Of a DNA stretch of 64,000 bases, positions 36,052 through 46,838 are shown one piece after another; within the stretch, counting starts at the first letter, position 1, and each line of letters begins with the position of its first letter. The position numbers and the translations under genes are program-made. The stretch covers positions 96,001 to 160,000 of the forward strand of contig JBDRBB010000010.1 in NCBI GenBank assembly GCA_043823065.1, in the 5' to 3' direction. Below the pieces are notes generated by a model. The model made no database searches, had not been told where the DNA came from, and worked only from the letters and a program-made list of their open reading frames with translations. Source of the DNA: Pseudomonadota bacterium. Its GTDB lineage: Bacteria; UBA10199; 2-02-FULL-44-16; DYJF01.

Positions 36052-37475
36052 TTTTTCTTCCTTTTAAATCGTTTCTTTTTATAAATAGCTTGTTTTCTTG
36101 TTTTTTGCTTATCCTTGTCTATCATAGGTTTGCTAGGGGCAGTCAAGCCTTTAAATATATCCCAAATCGGATTAAAATAATGTCGATCTTTTTGGAAAAT
36201 ACCATCTAAGCCCGTACCCTGATTTTCGCTGAGATTTAGGCCCAAAAACAAACCTTGCCCCAAAGATTGATAAAAACCAGCATGTTCAATTTTACGCAAA
36301 GCCTTGATCGTGTTTTCTAATATTATGTGGGCGCGCCTGGAAATTTTGGCATGTTGATCAAACTGAATTTCTTCTCCCAGAGTTTGGGTGTTTTTAATAA
36401 AGTGGCGACTGAATTCCAAAAGTTCGAAGGAATTTTTTAATTCAGGTAACATGAAAGCAGATTGTTCACTAATCAGGCCGGAAAATAAAAAAGCAGAAAA
36501 TTCTTTAATCTCACTTTTTGGTTTAGCCAGGTAGACTGTCAAATTTCTGGGAAAAATTTCGCGGATCAAACAGGCCCTGGCCAATTCTAAAAGAAAACCA
36601 TTTTCAAGATCCAAGGGCAGATCAAAACCATGGCCGATGCTGAATTGCTCCGGAACAATGCCAGCGATTTTTGCCAGCTCTTCAACCAGAAAATGATTAA
36701 CTAAAACTTGATGAGCTTCGCGATACGTATCCAGATTGCGTACCGAAGACCCTTCATTATAAAGAACACTTTTAGTACAAGTACAGAATTGATATAACCA
36801 AAAGCTATCAATAAGTGATCTTTTGACATTTAAGTTATGACTAAAAATCTCTTCAAAAAAATCATGAGCAACGATATGTACTCCTGCGTCTAAGGTTTGT
36901 AGGGCTTTTTGCGGCACTCCCAATCCCGATATTTTATGGAGAAATCTTTTGGAGTTTTCAGGAGTTTTATTTATTTTAGCGATAGATTGTTTTAAATGTT
37001 TAGTGCTTTTTACTTGAATAAGATCAGCCAAGGCATTGCTCTTATCATCTTGATCGCTTGGTATCATCAACAAAGCATCAGATCTTTTAAAATTTTCAGT
37101 GGCGATAGTTGGCAACGTAATTTTTGAGGCCAAATTCATTACTGCGTTTTTGGCCTGCTCAATTGGTAAATCAGGAATATCTTTGGCCGAGATTTGGCCA
37201 TGGGCCAATTTAAGCCCAAGTTCTTTAGGGGTTAGGTTGGTATGCACCAAGGCTTTGCCGATCCAAGTGCAAACACCTTGGCGTAAAAGGTCTTTGCCGA
37301 GCCTAGTTATGATTAAATCAGCTGATGGAAAACCCAGAATAGAAAGAGTGGCACTTTCAATAGAAAGCGTCGAATGTCTTTCTATATATTTATGTATAGG
37401 CTTAATGATTCTGGAAGCCAGTGCACGGCATTGATTTATTTTATCGTAATCTATGTTTGTTTTGCGATAACTCAT
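36027..37475 (-). CDS. Divergent lysine 5,6-aminomutase alpha subunit (KamD)-like protein
   Basis: GHGFDLPLDLENGFLLELARACLIREIFP and GLDGIFQKDRHYFNP resemble KamD segments. Confidence 0.7.
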   Translation of the reverse strand: MSYRKTNIDYDKINQCRALASRIIKPIHKYIERHSTLSIESATLSILGFPSADLIITRLGKDLLRQGVCTWIGKALVHTNLTPKELGLKLAHGQISAKDIPDLPIEQAKNAVMNLASKITLPTIATENFKRSDALLMIPSDQDDKSNALADLIQVKSTKHLKQSIAKINKTPENSKRFLHKISGLGVPQKALQTLDAGVHIVAHDFFEEIFSHNLNVKRSLIDSFWLYQFCTCTKSVLYNEGSSVRNLDTYREAHQVLVNHFLVEELAKIAGIVPEQFSIGHGFDLPLDLENGFLLELARACLIREIFPRNLTVYLAKPKSEIKEFSAFLFSGLISEQSAFMLPELKNSFELLEFSRHFIKNTQTLGEEIQFDQHAKISRRAHIILENTIKALRKIEHAGFYQSLGQGLFLGLNLSENQGTGLDGIFQKDRHYFNPIWDIFKGLTAPSKPMIDKDKQKTRKQAIYKKKRFKRKKKCQASESL

Positions 37476-37485
37476 AATAACAGTT

Positions 37486-37510
37486 GTCATTCCCGCGAAA
37501 GCGGGAATCT
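37486..37510. repeat. GTCATTCCCGCGAAAGCGGGAATC REP-like element
   Basis: Short GC hairpin with GAAA loop in an intergenic gap. Confidence 0.75.
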
Positions 37511-37516
37511 AATTGA

Positions 37517-38962
37517 CTAATAAAACTTAATTCCTTGAGCTAATGGAAGTTCATTTCCCCAATTTATGGTAACAGTTTGCCGGCGCATATAACCCTTCCA
37601 GGCATCAGAACCAGCTTCGCGGCCGCCACCAGTTGCTTTTTCACCGCCAAAGGCTCCGCCAATTTCTGCGCCACTGGTGCCAATATTTACATTAGCAATA
37701 CCACAATCACTACCAACTGCACTTAAAAAAGTTTCCTGATGAAGAATGCTGTTGGTAAAAATTGCTGAAGAAAGACCTTGTGGCACTTCATTATGAAGAG
37801 CTATTGCTTCTTCAAGATTTTTGACAGAAAAGCAATATAAAATTGGGGCAAAGGTTTCTTGCCTAACAATTTTCATTTTAGGATGCGCAGCAACTAAGGT
37901 TGGTTCAACATATCCGCCACCAGGATATTTAGGCCCTTTAAGTAATTTGCCGCCAAAAATAATTGTTCCTTCTTGCTCTTTGATTATTTTAATGGCTTGT
38001 TCCATGGCCAAAGCAGCATTAGCGTCAATTAGCGGACCCATCAAAATACCGGGTTTTAAAGGATTGCCGATTTTTATTTGAGCATAAGCTTTAATCAATT
38101 TCTTAATCAGTTGTTCATAAACGCCGCTTTGAATGATTAGCCTTCTGGTGGTGGTACAACGTTGGCCAGCAGTGCCAACCGCGCCAAACAAAATAGCGCG
38201 CACTGCTAAATCTTGATTAGCATCATCCATGACAATAATAGCATTGTTTCCGCCCAGTTCTAAAATGCTTTTACCCAGGCGCTTAGCCACAGCTTCACCA
38301 ACATGATAACCCATACGGCAAGAACCAGTGGCTGAAATTAAAGGAATTCTTGGATCATTAATGAATTTTTCGCCAATTGTTTTTGAAGAACCAATAAGTA
38401 AATTAAAAACACCTTCTAACTTGTGTGCTTTCATGATCTTGTTAACAATATTTTGAACTGCGTTTGCACAAAGAGGTGCTTTTGATGAAGGTTTCCAAAT
38501 TACAGTGTTGCCACAAACAGCAGCAAGAAAAGCATTCCAAGACCAGACAGCTACGGGAAAATTAAAAGCAGAAATTATACCCACCACTCCTAAAGGATGC
38601 CATTGCTCCAACATGCGATGATTTGGCCTTTCAGAGGCGATAATTTTTCCATAAAGTTGACGGGAGAGGCCAACGGCGAAATCAGCCATATCAATCATTT
38701 CCTGAACTTCACCGTCGCCTTCTGCTAAAATTTTACCAGTTTCTAAAGTAACCAGCCGTCCTAAAGATTTTTTTTGCTGGCGCAACTCATTGCCAATTTC
38801 GCGAATAATCTCTCCACGTTTAGGGGCAGGAACTAATCGCCAAGCCGCAAAAGCTTTTTGGGCCTTCTTAAGAATATTTTCATAATCTTTTTCCGAGGCA
38901 GTTTGGACAGAACCAATTTTTTTGCCATCAATTGGTGAATAAGAAGCAAACTTACCTGACAT
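37517..38962 (-). CDS. ALDH7-type aldehyde dehydrogenase (aminoadipate semialdehyde/piperideine-6-carboxylate)
   Basis: SAFNFPVAVW, LELGGNNA, GTAGQRCTT, GTSGAEIGGAFGGEK, LPLAQGI. Confidence 0.9.
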   Translation of the reverse strand: MSGKFASYSPIDGKKIGSVQTASEKDYENILKKAQKAFAAWRLVPAPKRGEIIREIGNELRQQKKSLGRLVTLETGKILAEGDGEVQEMIDMADFAVGLSRQLYGKIIASERPNHRMLEQWHPLGVVGIISAFNFPVAVWSWNAFLAAVCGNTVIWKPSSKAPLCANAVQNIVNKIMKAHKLEGVFNLLIGSSKTIGEKFINDPRIPLISATGSCRMGYHVGEAVAKRLGKSILELGGNNAIIVMDDANQDLAVRAILFGAVGTAGQRCTTTRRLIIQSGVYEQLIKKLIKAYAQIKIGNPLKPGILMGPLIDANAALAMEQAIKIIKEQEGTIIFGGKLLKGPKYPGGGYVEPTLVAAHPKMKIVRQETFAPILYCFSVKNLEEAIALHNEVPQGLSSAIFTNSILHQETFLSAVGSDCGIANVNIGTSGAEIGGAFGGEKATGGGREAGSDAWKGYMRRQTVTINWGNELPLAQGIKFY

Positions 38963-39092
38963 AAAAGCCCCCTAATTTTTAGTAGGCGAATTTTAAGCTA
39001 AAACAAACTTAAGATAAAGAAAGAATTTAATTGTTTGCTATTTGCTTGATTTCTATTTGAGAAAGATATTAATGAAAAATTAAAATTAAATA

Positions 39093-39177
39093 CTTGCTAG
39101 GGGTGCTTCCGCCTAAGGCGGAGGCTGAGATTATACCCTTGGAACTTGAACCGGATAATGCCGGCGCAGGGAAGCAG
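39093..39177 (+). promoter_or_regulatory. TPP riboswitch
   Basis: GGGGTGC..GCTGAGA..ATACCC..GAACTTGA.CCGGATAATGCCGGCGCAGGGAA upstream of thi4. Confidence 0.92.
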
Positions 39178-39197
39178 CAATAGCTAGTTTGAAGTTT

Positions 39198-39224
39198 AAA
39201 GCCATCCTGCGGGATGGCTTTTTT
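39198..39224 (+). terminator. Riboswitch expression-platform terminator
   Basis: AAAGCCATCC-TGCG-GGATGGCTTTTTT. Confidence 0.8.
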
Positions 39225-39233
39225 GTTAATATG

Positions 39234-39271
39234 TCACCCTCACCCAGCCTCTCCCATCAAGGGAGAGGTGA
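39234..39271. repeat. CCCTCACCC..CTCTCCC..GGGAGAGG REP-like element in the thi4 leader
   Basis: Hairpin CCTCTCCC-ATCAA-GGGAGAGG. Confidence 0.6.
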
Positions 39272-39319
39272 GCAGGTGGCCGCTAAAAGCGGCATAATTA
39301 ATAAGGAAAGGAGCTTAAT

Positions 39320-40093
39320 ATGTTTCACCCAACCTCGGAAGGGGCAATTAGCAGGGCAATTATCAAAGATTTTAGCAAGTGGTTTGAAGATTACATCTGT
39401 TCAGATGTAATTGTGGTAGGTGGTGGACCAAGTGGTTTAATGGCAGCAGCAGATTTAGCTAAAAATGGTCGTAAGGTTTTAATTGTTGAAGGTAACAACT
39501 ATTTAGGCGGTGGTTTTTGGGTTGGTGGTTATTTTATGAATACTTTAACATTTCGCGCTCCCTCCCAAGAAATTTTAGCTGATCTGAAAATTCCTTATCG
39601 CGAAGCAGAAAAAGGGTTGTTTATTGCTGACGGGCCAAGTGCGGCTTCTAAACTCATTTCCGCAGCCTGTGATGCTGGCGTCAAAATTTTAAATATGACC
39701 AGTTTTGATGATATTGTTTATCGCGATAATAAAGTAGCAGGAGTGGTGATTAACTGGACTGCAGTGCGCAGTTTGCCACGGGCCATCACTTGTGTGGACC
39801 CGATTTCTTTGGAATCTAAAATTGTCATTGATGCTACAGGCCACGACGCCCATGTTTGTCGCAGCCTAGAAAAAAGAAAATTAATTGAAATGGCTGATTG
39901 CGGGCCAATGGATGCCAACACTTCAGAACAACTGGTAGTTGAGAAAACTGGTTTTGTTCATCCAGGCTTAATTATTGCCGGTATGGCCGTATCCACAGTT
40001 TACGGTGTGCCCCGCATGGGTCCAACTTTTGGTGGCATGTTGTTTTCTGGAAAAAGGGCAGCAGACCTTGCGGAAAAGGCACTGCGTACCTAG
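39320..40093 (+). CDS. thi4: Thi4-type thiazole synthase (Cys-containing)
   Basis: GGGPSGL, GGGFWVGG, CVDP, DATGHD, PRMGPTFGGM; downstream of a TPP riboswitch. Confidence 0.93.
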   Translation: MFHPTSEGAISRAIIKDFSKWFEDYICSDVIVVGGGPSGLMAAADLAKNGRKVLIVEGNNYLGGGFWVGGYFMNTLTFRAPSQEILADLKIPYREAEKGLFIADGPSAASKLISAACDAGVKILNMTSFDDIVYRDNKVAGVVINWTAVRSLPRAITCVDPISLESKIVIDATGHDAHVCRSLEKRKLIEMADCGPMDANTSEQLVVEKTGFVHPGLIIAGMAVSTVYGVPRMGPTFGGMLFSGKRAADLAEKALRT

Positions 40094-40095
40094 GC

Positions 40096-41028
40096 TTATT
40101 CAAAATAGGGAAAAAGTTCAGTGCTTAAATAACGTTCACCAGTGTCGCAGATAATGGTTACAATTAATTTGCCAGCATTTTCTTTCCTTTTGGCAACTTG
40201 GATTGCTGCATAAACATTGGCTCCAGATGAGATGCCAGCCAGAATTCCTTCTTCTTTGGCCAAGCGCCGACCCATATCAAAAGCCTGCTCGTTTTTAACT
40301 TTGATTATTTCATCTATAATATCTGTGTTTAACACGTCTGGCACAAAACCAGCACCAATTCCTTGAATTTTATGCGGGCCAGGATTGCCACCTGAAAGCA
40401 CTGGTGAATCTTCTGGTTCAACTGCAATAGCCTTGAAAGTGGGCTTTTTTTGTTTAATCACTTCACTTACGCCTGTGATAGTGCCGCCAGTACCAACGCC
40501 AGCCACAAAAATATCTATTTTGCCATCTGTGTTGTTCCAAATTTCTTGAGCTGTAGTCTTACGATGAATTTCCGGATTAGCAGGATTTTTAAACTGTTGG
40601 GGCATAAAAGAATTCTTGGTTTGTTTAGCCAGTTCTTCAGCTTTTTCAATTGCACCTTTCATGCCTTTGGCGCCAGGAGTTAAAACTAGCTTTGCTCCAA
40701 AAGCAGCCAGCAATTTGCGCCGCTCTATGCTCATAGTATCTGGCATGGTTAAAATTAAACGATAACCTTTAGCTGCACAGACAAACGCTAGGGCAATACC
40801 AGTATTGCCGCTGGTTGGCTCAATAATCACGCTATCTTTCTTAATTAAAGAGTTTTTCTCTGCAGCATCTATCATGCTAAAACCAATGCGATCTTTGACC
40901 GAGCTTAAAGGATTAAAAGATTCAAGTTTGGCTAAAACAATTGCCTGACAATCTTTGGTTATTTTATTTAATTTTAGTAAAGGAGTGTTGCCAATTAATT
41001 CTGTAATATTGTTAGCTACATTCGACAT
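40096..41028 (-). CDS. cysK: Cysteine synthase A
   Basis: [38 protein letters not shown]. Confidence 0.96.
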   Translation of the reverse strand: MSNVANNITELIGNTPLLKLNKITKDCQAIVLAKLESFNPLSSVKDRIGFSMIDAAEKNSLIKKDSVIIEPTSGNTGIALAFVCAAKGYRLILTMPDTMSIERRKLLAAFGAKLVLTPGAKGMKGAIEKAEELAKQTKNSFMPQQFKNPANPEIHRKTTAQEIWNNTDGKIDIFVAGVGTGGTITGVSEVIKQKKPTFKAIAVEPEDSPVLSGGNPGPHKIQGIGAGFVPDVLNTDIIDEIIKVKNEQAFDMGRRLAKEEGILAGISSGANVYAAIQVAKRKENAGKLIVTIICDTGERYLSTELFPYFE

Positions 41029-41129
41029 ATTTCCTCCAAAATAGTAAACTACTATGATTAAATTAACTTCACAAGTATTGAAGCTTGGATTAATGGAGAT
41101 ATTATGACAAAAATCGGTGTAAGGTAATA

Positions 41130-43166
41130 ATGAACCAGAAAAAATATTATATATTTTGTAATCTATATAAAACCGTAGCTGTAGTTTTGTTTTTATATTT
41201 TATTTCTGCTTGTTCTTCTGGTGCTGGCAGCTGCCTTACAAATTACTGGGTAGCCACAACTGGTAGCGATGCAGCAAGTGGCGATATTAACAACCCCTTT
41301 CTCACCATTGAACATGCCCGCGATGTGGTTCGTTCTGATCCAACTCGTGGACAGTGCACAATCAACGTAAATATCAAGGGTGGCACCTATCGGTTAACTA
41401 GCCCGCTAATGCTAACTGCTCAAGATTCAGGCGCGCCATGCGCCCCAGTAGTTTATCAAGCTGTATCCGGAGAAGAACCTGTTATTTCAGGCGCAGAGCA
41501 AGTAACTGGCTGGACTTTGCATGATGCAGATCTAAACATCTGGCAGGCGCAGACCAATGTGAGCACTGCAACCATGCCTAGGCAGCTTTACGTAAACGGA
41601 GTTCGCGCTACTCGTGCCCGTACAGTAGATTATCCCAACTATTATTACCCAACTGACACAGGCTATCTGTATCTTTATTTATTAGGAACTGATCCACAAA
41701 TTCCTCCTACCTGGAATAATCCAACTGCTGTGGAAGCTGTTACAGTTACTCAATGGAAAATGATGCGTTGTCCAATTGCTGAAATTATTGATGATGCTGC
41801 TGTTGTCATGCAAAACCCCTGCTGGCAAAATGCCAACGTATTCCCCTATCCTTGGAACTTTCAACTCTTAAGCTGGTGGGAAAACGCCTATGAATTTTTG
41901 GATGAACCAGGGGAATGGTATCTTGATGCCTTCAGCAAGATTCTTTATTATATACCACGTGAAGGAGAAGACCTGGCTACAGCAGATGTGGAATTACCAA
42001 TATTGGAAACTTTAATAGAGGCTAGCGGTAGCGCCACATCCCCAATTAGTTATATTACCTTTTCTGGATTAACCTTTAGGTATGCCACCTGGCTTGGTCC
42101 AAACAGCTCAGATGGTTATGCCCTTGATCAAAGCGGTTTTCATTTGATTGGCTCAGGCCATGAGGCCAATGTTATTGGTCACGATCCAAACGCGGTGCGC
42201 ACGCCAGGAAATTTAAGTTTTCTTTACGCGCAAAATATAATTTTTGAAAATAATACCGTGGAACATATGGGCGCGGTGGGACTGGATTTTAATACAGGTA
42301 GTCAAAACAACCAAATCAGCAACAACACTTTTAATGATATTTCAGCAGCTGGTATTCAGTTAGGAGGTATTTCCACAGCAGATAGTCATCCAACTACTGT
42401 GGCACAATTAACTCAAAACAATCTAATTTCCAACAATCTGATAGAATATACTGGCCAGGAATATTATGATGCGCCAGGAATTTACATAGGGTTTACTACC
42501 AACAGCTTTGTCGAACACAATGACATTAATCATAGCTCTTGGTCTGGCATTGCCATTGGTTGGGGTTGGGGTTTGCTGGATCCAGGCGGTTTTGCTGGCT
42601 TACCCAATGCTCAGCCCCATGCTTGGGGCGATATAACTAGCCCTTCTGCAGCTGTGGGCAACCAGATTTTGCATAATCATATTCAGTATTTTTTGGAAAA
42701 GTTGTGGGACGGCGGCGCGATTTATTCTACTGGTTTTCAAGGAACATCAGCGGAAACAGGCCAGTTAATTGCTTGGAATGTTGCGGAAAATAAACGCGTT
42801 GCAGCAGGCGGCAACACTTTTTATACAGATGGTGGTAGTCGTTATATCACGCTTAAGGAGAACGTATCTCTTAATAATCCGCAAGGCACAGTGGATTTTG
42901 GACCTTGTTTAAAGGCTTCCTCTTTTGAAGATCTTTGCCTTACCACAGGCCTAGTTGCTTATGGAGAAGACCTGGGCGGATGTGTTCCTTATGGCGATCT
43001 TATTTTTGAGAATAATTATCTTCGCGATAATTTAAGTTTCTACGATATTTGCGAGAACAACAATTTCCCTACAGCTCCTTACAATATGAGCTTTATTGAT
43101 AATACAAAAATAACCAGCAGCAGCAATGTGCCTAGCTGGATTATTGAGTCAGCTGGGAGGCAGTAA
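41130..43166 (+). CDS. Lipoprotein with right-handed beta-helix (glycoside hydrolase-like)
   Basis: ISAC lipobox, [13 protein letters not shown], Asn-rich helical repeats, DGGAIY. Confidence 0.75.
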   Translation: MNQKKYYIFCNLYKTVAVVLFLYFISACSSGAGSCLTNYWVATTGSDAASGDINNPFLTIEHARDVVRSDPTRGQCTINVNIKGGTYRLTSPLMLTAQDSGAPCAPVVYQAVSGEEPVISGAEQVTGWTLHDADLNIWQAQTNVSTATMPRQLYVNGVRATRARTVDYPNYYYPTDTGYLYLYLLGTDPQIPPTWNNPTAVEAVTVTQWKMMRCPIAEIIDDAAVVMQNPCWQNANVFPYPWNFQLLSWWENAYEFLDEPGEWYLDAFSKILYYIPREGEDLATADVELPILETLIEASGSATSPISYITFSGLTFRYATWLGPNSSDGYALDQSGFHLIGSGHEANVIGHDPNAVRTPGNLSFLYAQNIIFENNTVEHMGAVGLDFNTGSQNNQISNNTFNDISAAGIQLGGISTADSHPTTVAQLTQNNLISNNLIEYTGQEYYDAPGIYIGFTTNSFVEHNDINHSSWSGIAIGWGWGLLDPGGFAGLPNAQPHAWGDITSPSAAVGNQILHNHIQYFLEKLWDGGAIYSTGFQGTSAETGQLIAWNVAENKRVAAGGNTFYTDGGSRYITLKENVSLNNPQGTVDFGPCLKASSFEDLCLTTGLVAYGEDLGGCVPYGDLIFENNYLRDNLSFYDICENNNFPTAPYNMSFIDNTKITSSSNVPSWIIESAGRQ

Positions 43167-43170
43167 CTCT

Positions 43171-43980
43171 ATGGCCAAGATTAAGGTTAATGATGTTGAA
43201 TTTTATTATGAACTTCATGGGCAAGGAGAACCTTTAATTCTCATTTCTGGATATGCTGAAGACTGTGCGGTGTGGAGATCGTTTTTAGCTAGGCTTGGCA
43301 AAAAATTCCAGGTGCTGATCTTTGATAATCAAGGAGTTGGCCAAACTCAAGATCAAGGCAAGCCGCTAACAGCTGACATCATGGCTGATAATACAGTTGC
43401 CTTGGCTAAGACATTAGGTTTTTCTAAGTTTCATGTTCTAGGCCATTCAATGGGCGGAAACATTGCCCAGATGATTGCCTTGCGTCATCCAGACGTGGTT
43501 AATAAACTGGTCATATCTTGTTCTTCTCCTGCCTGGAATGGCGTGGTGTTAAAAGAGTTTGAATCTATTTTAAGGATTTTGAAAGCTGGAACTCCAGTTG
43601 AGCTGGTTTTTGATCTCATGGCGCCCTGGTGCTATGGCGCTGATTTTATGGCTGATTCAGTCAGAATGGAAAAACGTAAAAAACAAGTTTTGGAAAATCC
43701 TTATCCTGCTTCTATTGATAATATTCAAAGACAATTTGAAGTGCTAAAGAATTTTGAATCAACTAAATTGCTTAGAAAAATCAAAACACCCACCCTTATT
43801 ATTTCAGCTTTCCAAGACATTATTGCCACTTTAGAAGAAACAAAAAAACTCATAGCTGGAATTCCAAATGCAACTCATAAACAAATCCAGGGCGGACACA
43901 GCTTGCCCATTGAAGTGGCAGATGAGTGGCTGGATTGTGTGCTAGGGTTTTTGGGGTATAAAGAAAAGGCTGACACCTAA
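43171..43980 (+). CDS. Alpha/beta hydrolase
   Basis: GHSMGG, DNQGVG, GGH; start MAKIK. Confidence 0.88.
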   Translation: MAKIKVNDVEFYYELHGQGEPLILISGYAEDCAVWRSFLARLGKKFQVLIFDNQGVGQTQDQGKPLTADIMADNTVALAKTLGFSKFHVLGHSMGGNIAQMIALRHPDVVNKLVISCSSPAWNGVVLKEFESILRILKAGTPVELVFDLMAPWCYGADFMADSVRMEKRKKQVLENPYPASIDNIQRQFEVLKNFESTKLLRKIKTPTLIISAFQDIIATLEETKKLIAGIPNATHKQIQGGHSLPIEVADEWLDCVLGFLGYKEKADT

Positions 43981-43996
43981 AGATGCAGCCTTTTCT
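43962..43996. terminator. Bidirectional terminator at the left island border
   Basis: AGAAAAGGCTG..CAGCCTTTTCT. Confidence 0.65.
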
Positions 43997-44243
43997 TGCT
44001 CCCCTTGGTGGACACATTCCGAACCAAGTATTTTAAAGAGATCATGGCCTTTGAGCCCCTTGTGCCCGCCATACGCGAACTATTGGGGCAGCAGGCGGCT
44101 TAATTTAGGGCTGGAGGCGCGTCATCCCTCAAATCACCCCCCAACCCCAACAGACGCCGTTTAAGCCGCAGATTTCAAAGCTCACAGCTCTTTTCAAATA
44201 TGAAAAAGGCCACGGAGTTTTCACTCAAAGCATATTACTGTGT

Positions 44244-44534
44244 ATGGAGGACACGTTTTTAGAGATTAAGGCGACGATCGGTAAATACTCTCCCCACGAT
44301 TCCGAGTCGGAACTCAGCCAGAGTGCTATGAATCTTGTGAGCTTTTTCGAGCTCCTCATGCAGATCGATCAAGAGCAGTCCTCCTCTACCGGAACCAATA
44401 CAGACAAAGAGGGAAAATGTGATGAGGATATCCGAAGTGAACATCAGCTTTGTGAAGCCCTGTGGCGGTCTTGTCGGCTTTGCAAACCTTGTAATCGACG
44501 GCCAGATATACGTCGGCTCCATAGCCATCCATAA
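44244..44534 (+). CDS. Small hypothetical element protein
   Basis: First ORF of the Rep module (SAMNLVSFFELLMQID); overlaps the next ORF, so its end is uncertain. Confidence 0.5.
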   Translation: MEDTFLEIKATIGKYSPHDSESELSQSAMNLVSFFELLMQIDQEQSSSTGTNTDKEGKCDEDIRSEHQLCEALWRSCRLCKPCNRRPDIRRLHSHP

Positions 44535-44715
44535 GCGCTTGGGTGGTGACGGTTACCGCCTGACCTATCCAAACGGAAAATCGGACATTATTAATCGCCC
44601 GGTCGTTCATCCGATCACGCGCGAGTGCGGCAGGATTATTGAAGAGGCTGTTGTCAGAAAACTTGAAGACGTGATGAGGAAACACAATGATCGATACGGT
44701 AGTGATCACATTTGA
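44419..44715 (+). CDS. SpoVG-like DNA-binding protein
   Basis: MRISEVNI..GLVGFANLVID..YP..VHPITRE..IEEAV. Confidence 0.7.
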   Translation: MMRISEVNISFVKPCGGLVGFANLVIDGQIYVGSIAIHKRLGGDGYRLTYPNGKSDIINRPVVHPITRECGRIIEEAVVRKLEDVMRKHNDRYGSDHI

Positions 44716-45847
44716 TAAGGATCAGTTTGAGATTCTTGAACCCGATATCTTCAGCCCATCTGCGCGGATGATGGAAGTCTCTCCCAATCGAATCGGGCGT
44801 AATGGATGCATCAGGTGTTTTCAGAATCCCTCTAAAGAAGACCTCGCACGCGGCATTTATAGACCCCGTTTTACACTGACAAAACGACTCACAAGAGGCG
44901 GCTACACGCAAAATCTTCGTGCCGAATTTTCACTACCGAAGCTTTTTTTTGGCAACAATTTTGAGGAAGACGGCCTAAAAAACACGACAGGTCATAACGC
45001 GTTTTTTGCTAATGAGGCATTAGCAACAGGTATTAAAATCCTGCCATTTCAAGTAACCAGTGCGAAACTCTCCGCCATCCACTATTCAAAGAACTTTATC
45101 TTTACAGATTTCACAACGAGCTCGATGATTCTGCGCCAGCTCTCAAGGCTCAATCTGAATAGCAGACTCGATCTCAACAAGACCGATTATCGAAACGGCG
45201 GCCATGCCCTCCGGTATCATGCAAACAGCTATGAAATCGTATTCTACGATAAAGTCAAAGACCTTAAACAATCCAGAATCAGCGAGCGGCGTGCAATAGA
45301 ATCGGACAATCTCATTCAAGCCGATTTGCTGAGCAATTTGCCGAAACCCTTTGAAGTCCTCCGCATGGAAGTCCGGTTGAACAGCCGCGCCAAGATCAAA
45401 AGGCTCTGCCATAAACTTGGAATCAAGCCACCTCTGACCTTCGAGGAAGCTCTCAACCGGAAAACATCGCAGACCATTCTTCTTCATTTTTGGAACCAGA
45501 TCATGTCCGAGGCCAAATGGCTACAATTCGAGAAACAGAGACCGGAAGATCTCTTGCAAGCTATTCTGAAGGCAAACCCCGACATCCGCCCCTCAAAGGC
45601 ACTACAAATTCTCGGCGCAATCAGCGTGGCAAGTTCTGTTGGGACAAGAGGCTTGAAGGCGATCCTTGGTGATAAGACTTCACGTACACTGGACAGGCTG
45701 AAGTTCAAAGCAATAAAGGTTGGGATGTCTTGCCCCAAATCACTCTATTTCACTGGTATCTACGAACAATTGATAGATTTTAAGCCTCTTAGATTGCCTA
45801 TAAATATAAAAAATAGAGGTGGTAATAATAAGTGTAATATGCAATAG
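44687..45847 (+). CDS. Putative phage/plasmid replication protein (gene II/X-like)
   Basis: MIDTV, EFSLPKLFFGNNF, FYDKVKD, LRMEVRL. Confidence 0.65.
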   Translation: MIDTVVITFDKDQFEILEPDIFSPSARMMEVSPNRIGRNGCIRCFQNPSKEDLARGIYRPRFTLTKRLTRGGYTQNLRAEFSLPKLFFGNNFEEDGLKNTTGHNAFFANEALATGIKILPFQVTSAKLSAIHYSKNFIFTDFTTSSMILRQLSRLNLNSRLDLNKTDYRNGGHALRYHANSYEIVFYDKVKDLKQSRISERRAIESDNLIQADLLSNLPKPFEVLRMEVRLNSRAKIKRLCHKLGIKPPLTFEEALNRKTSQTILLHFWNQIMSEAKWLQFEKQRPEDLLQAILKANPDIRPSKALQILGAISVASSVGTRGLKAILGDKTSRTLDRLKFKAIKVGMSCPKSLYFTGIYEQLIDFKPLRLPINIKNRGGNNKCNMQ

Positions 45848-45902
45848 TTCTATATAAAATATAGCAAAGCATGTCATGATGAAATAAATATTCATAACGA
45901 TT

Positions 45903-46832
45903 ATGGCTGAAACAAGAAAAAGTAAATTTAAGCTGAAACGGTTAACAAACTATTCTGATGAAGCACTCCTCAATGAGTTAAAAAGAGTCGCACAACTAGC
46001 AAACAATGAGAGCTTAACAAAAAAATTTTTCAATCAAGAATCAAGGATACATGCATCAACAATTATCCGCCGATTTGGTGGCTGGAAGGAGGGTCTGAAT
46101 CGTGCTGGGCTAGTGCATCTCTATGAGGGGCGCTCGATTACTCAAAAAATGCGTCAACAAAAAGGGCGCTCTTTGACTGATGAAGAATTGTTAAACGAGC
46201 TTCGCCGTATTTCTAAGCAATTAGGACGTAAAGACCTAGTTGTTGCCGATATAAATAAATACAGCGTTGTTGGAAAAAACATCTTTAAAACCCGCTTTGG
46301 AACATGGAAGAGAGCACTAGAGAAAGCAGGCTTAACTGTACGCCCGCAAAGTAAACGCTATACTGATGAAGAATGTTTTGAGAATCTTTTCCAAGTCTGG
46401 AAACATTATGGCCGCCAGCCAAGCTTCTCTGAAATTAACCGCCCACCTTCGGCAGTTGGCGGCCAAGCATATATTTTGCGATTTAAGACGTGGATGCACG
46501 CTTTAGAAGCATTTGTAGAGCGTGTCAATTCTGATAACGAGGCAAGCAACTCCGTTACCGAGGTTAGTTCTTCACCCGCCTTGCAGGATGGTAAGTGGAA
46601 AAAATCAAGACGATCTGTACGAACCATTCCACTAGGACTTAGATTTCAAGTCTTGAGACGTGATCGATTTATGTGTGTTGCCTGTGGTCGCAATCCTCCT
46701 CAGAATCCAGGATGTATTTTACATATTGATCATATTATTCCCTGGTCTAAAAATGGGAAAACAGAAATAAATAATCTAAGAACGCTTTGTGAACAATGTA
46801 ATATTGGACGTAGCAATAAATATACGGATTGA
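45903..46832 (+). CDS. HNH endonuclease with N-terminal homing-endonuclease-associated repeats
   Basis: Three YSDE/LTDE/YTDE..RFG.W..AL repeats; CVACG..HIDHIIP..NLRTLCEQCN. Confidence 0.88.
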   Translation: MAETRKSKFKLKRLTNYSDEALLNELKRVAQLANNESLTKKFFNQESRIHASTIIRRFGGWKEGLNRAGLVHLYEGRSITQKMRQQKGRSLTDEELLNELRRISKQLGRKDLVVADINKYSVVGKNIFKTRFGTWKRALEKAGLTVRPQSKRYTDEECFENLFQVWKHYGRQPSFSEINRPPSAVGGQAYILRFKTWMHALEAFVERVNSDNEASNSVTEVSSSPALQDGKWKKSRRSVRTIPLGLRFQVLRRDRFMCVACGRNPPQNPGCILHIDHIIPWSKNGKTEINNLRTLCEQCNIGRSNKYTD

Positions 46833-46838
46833 GAGAAT

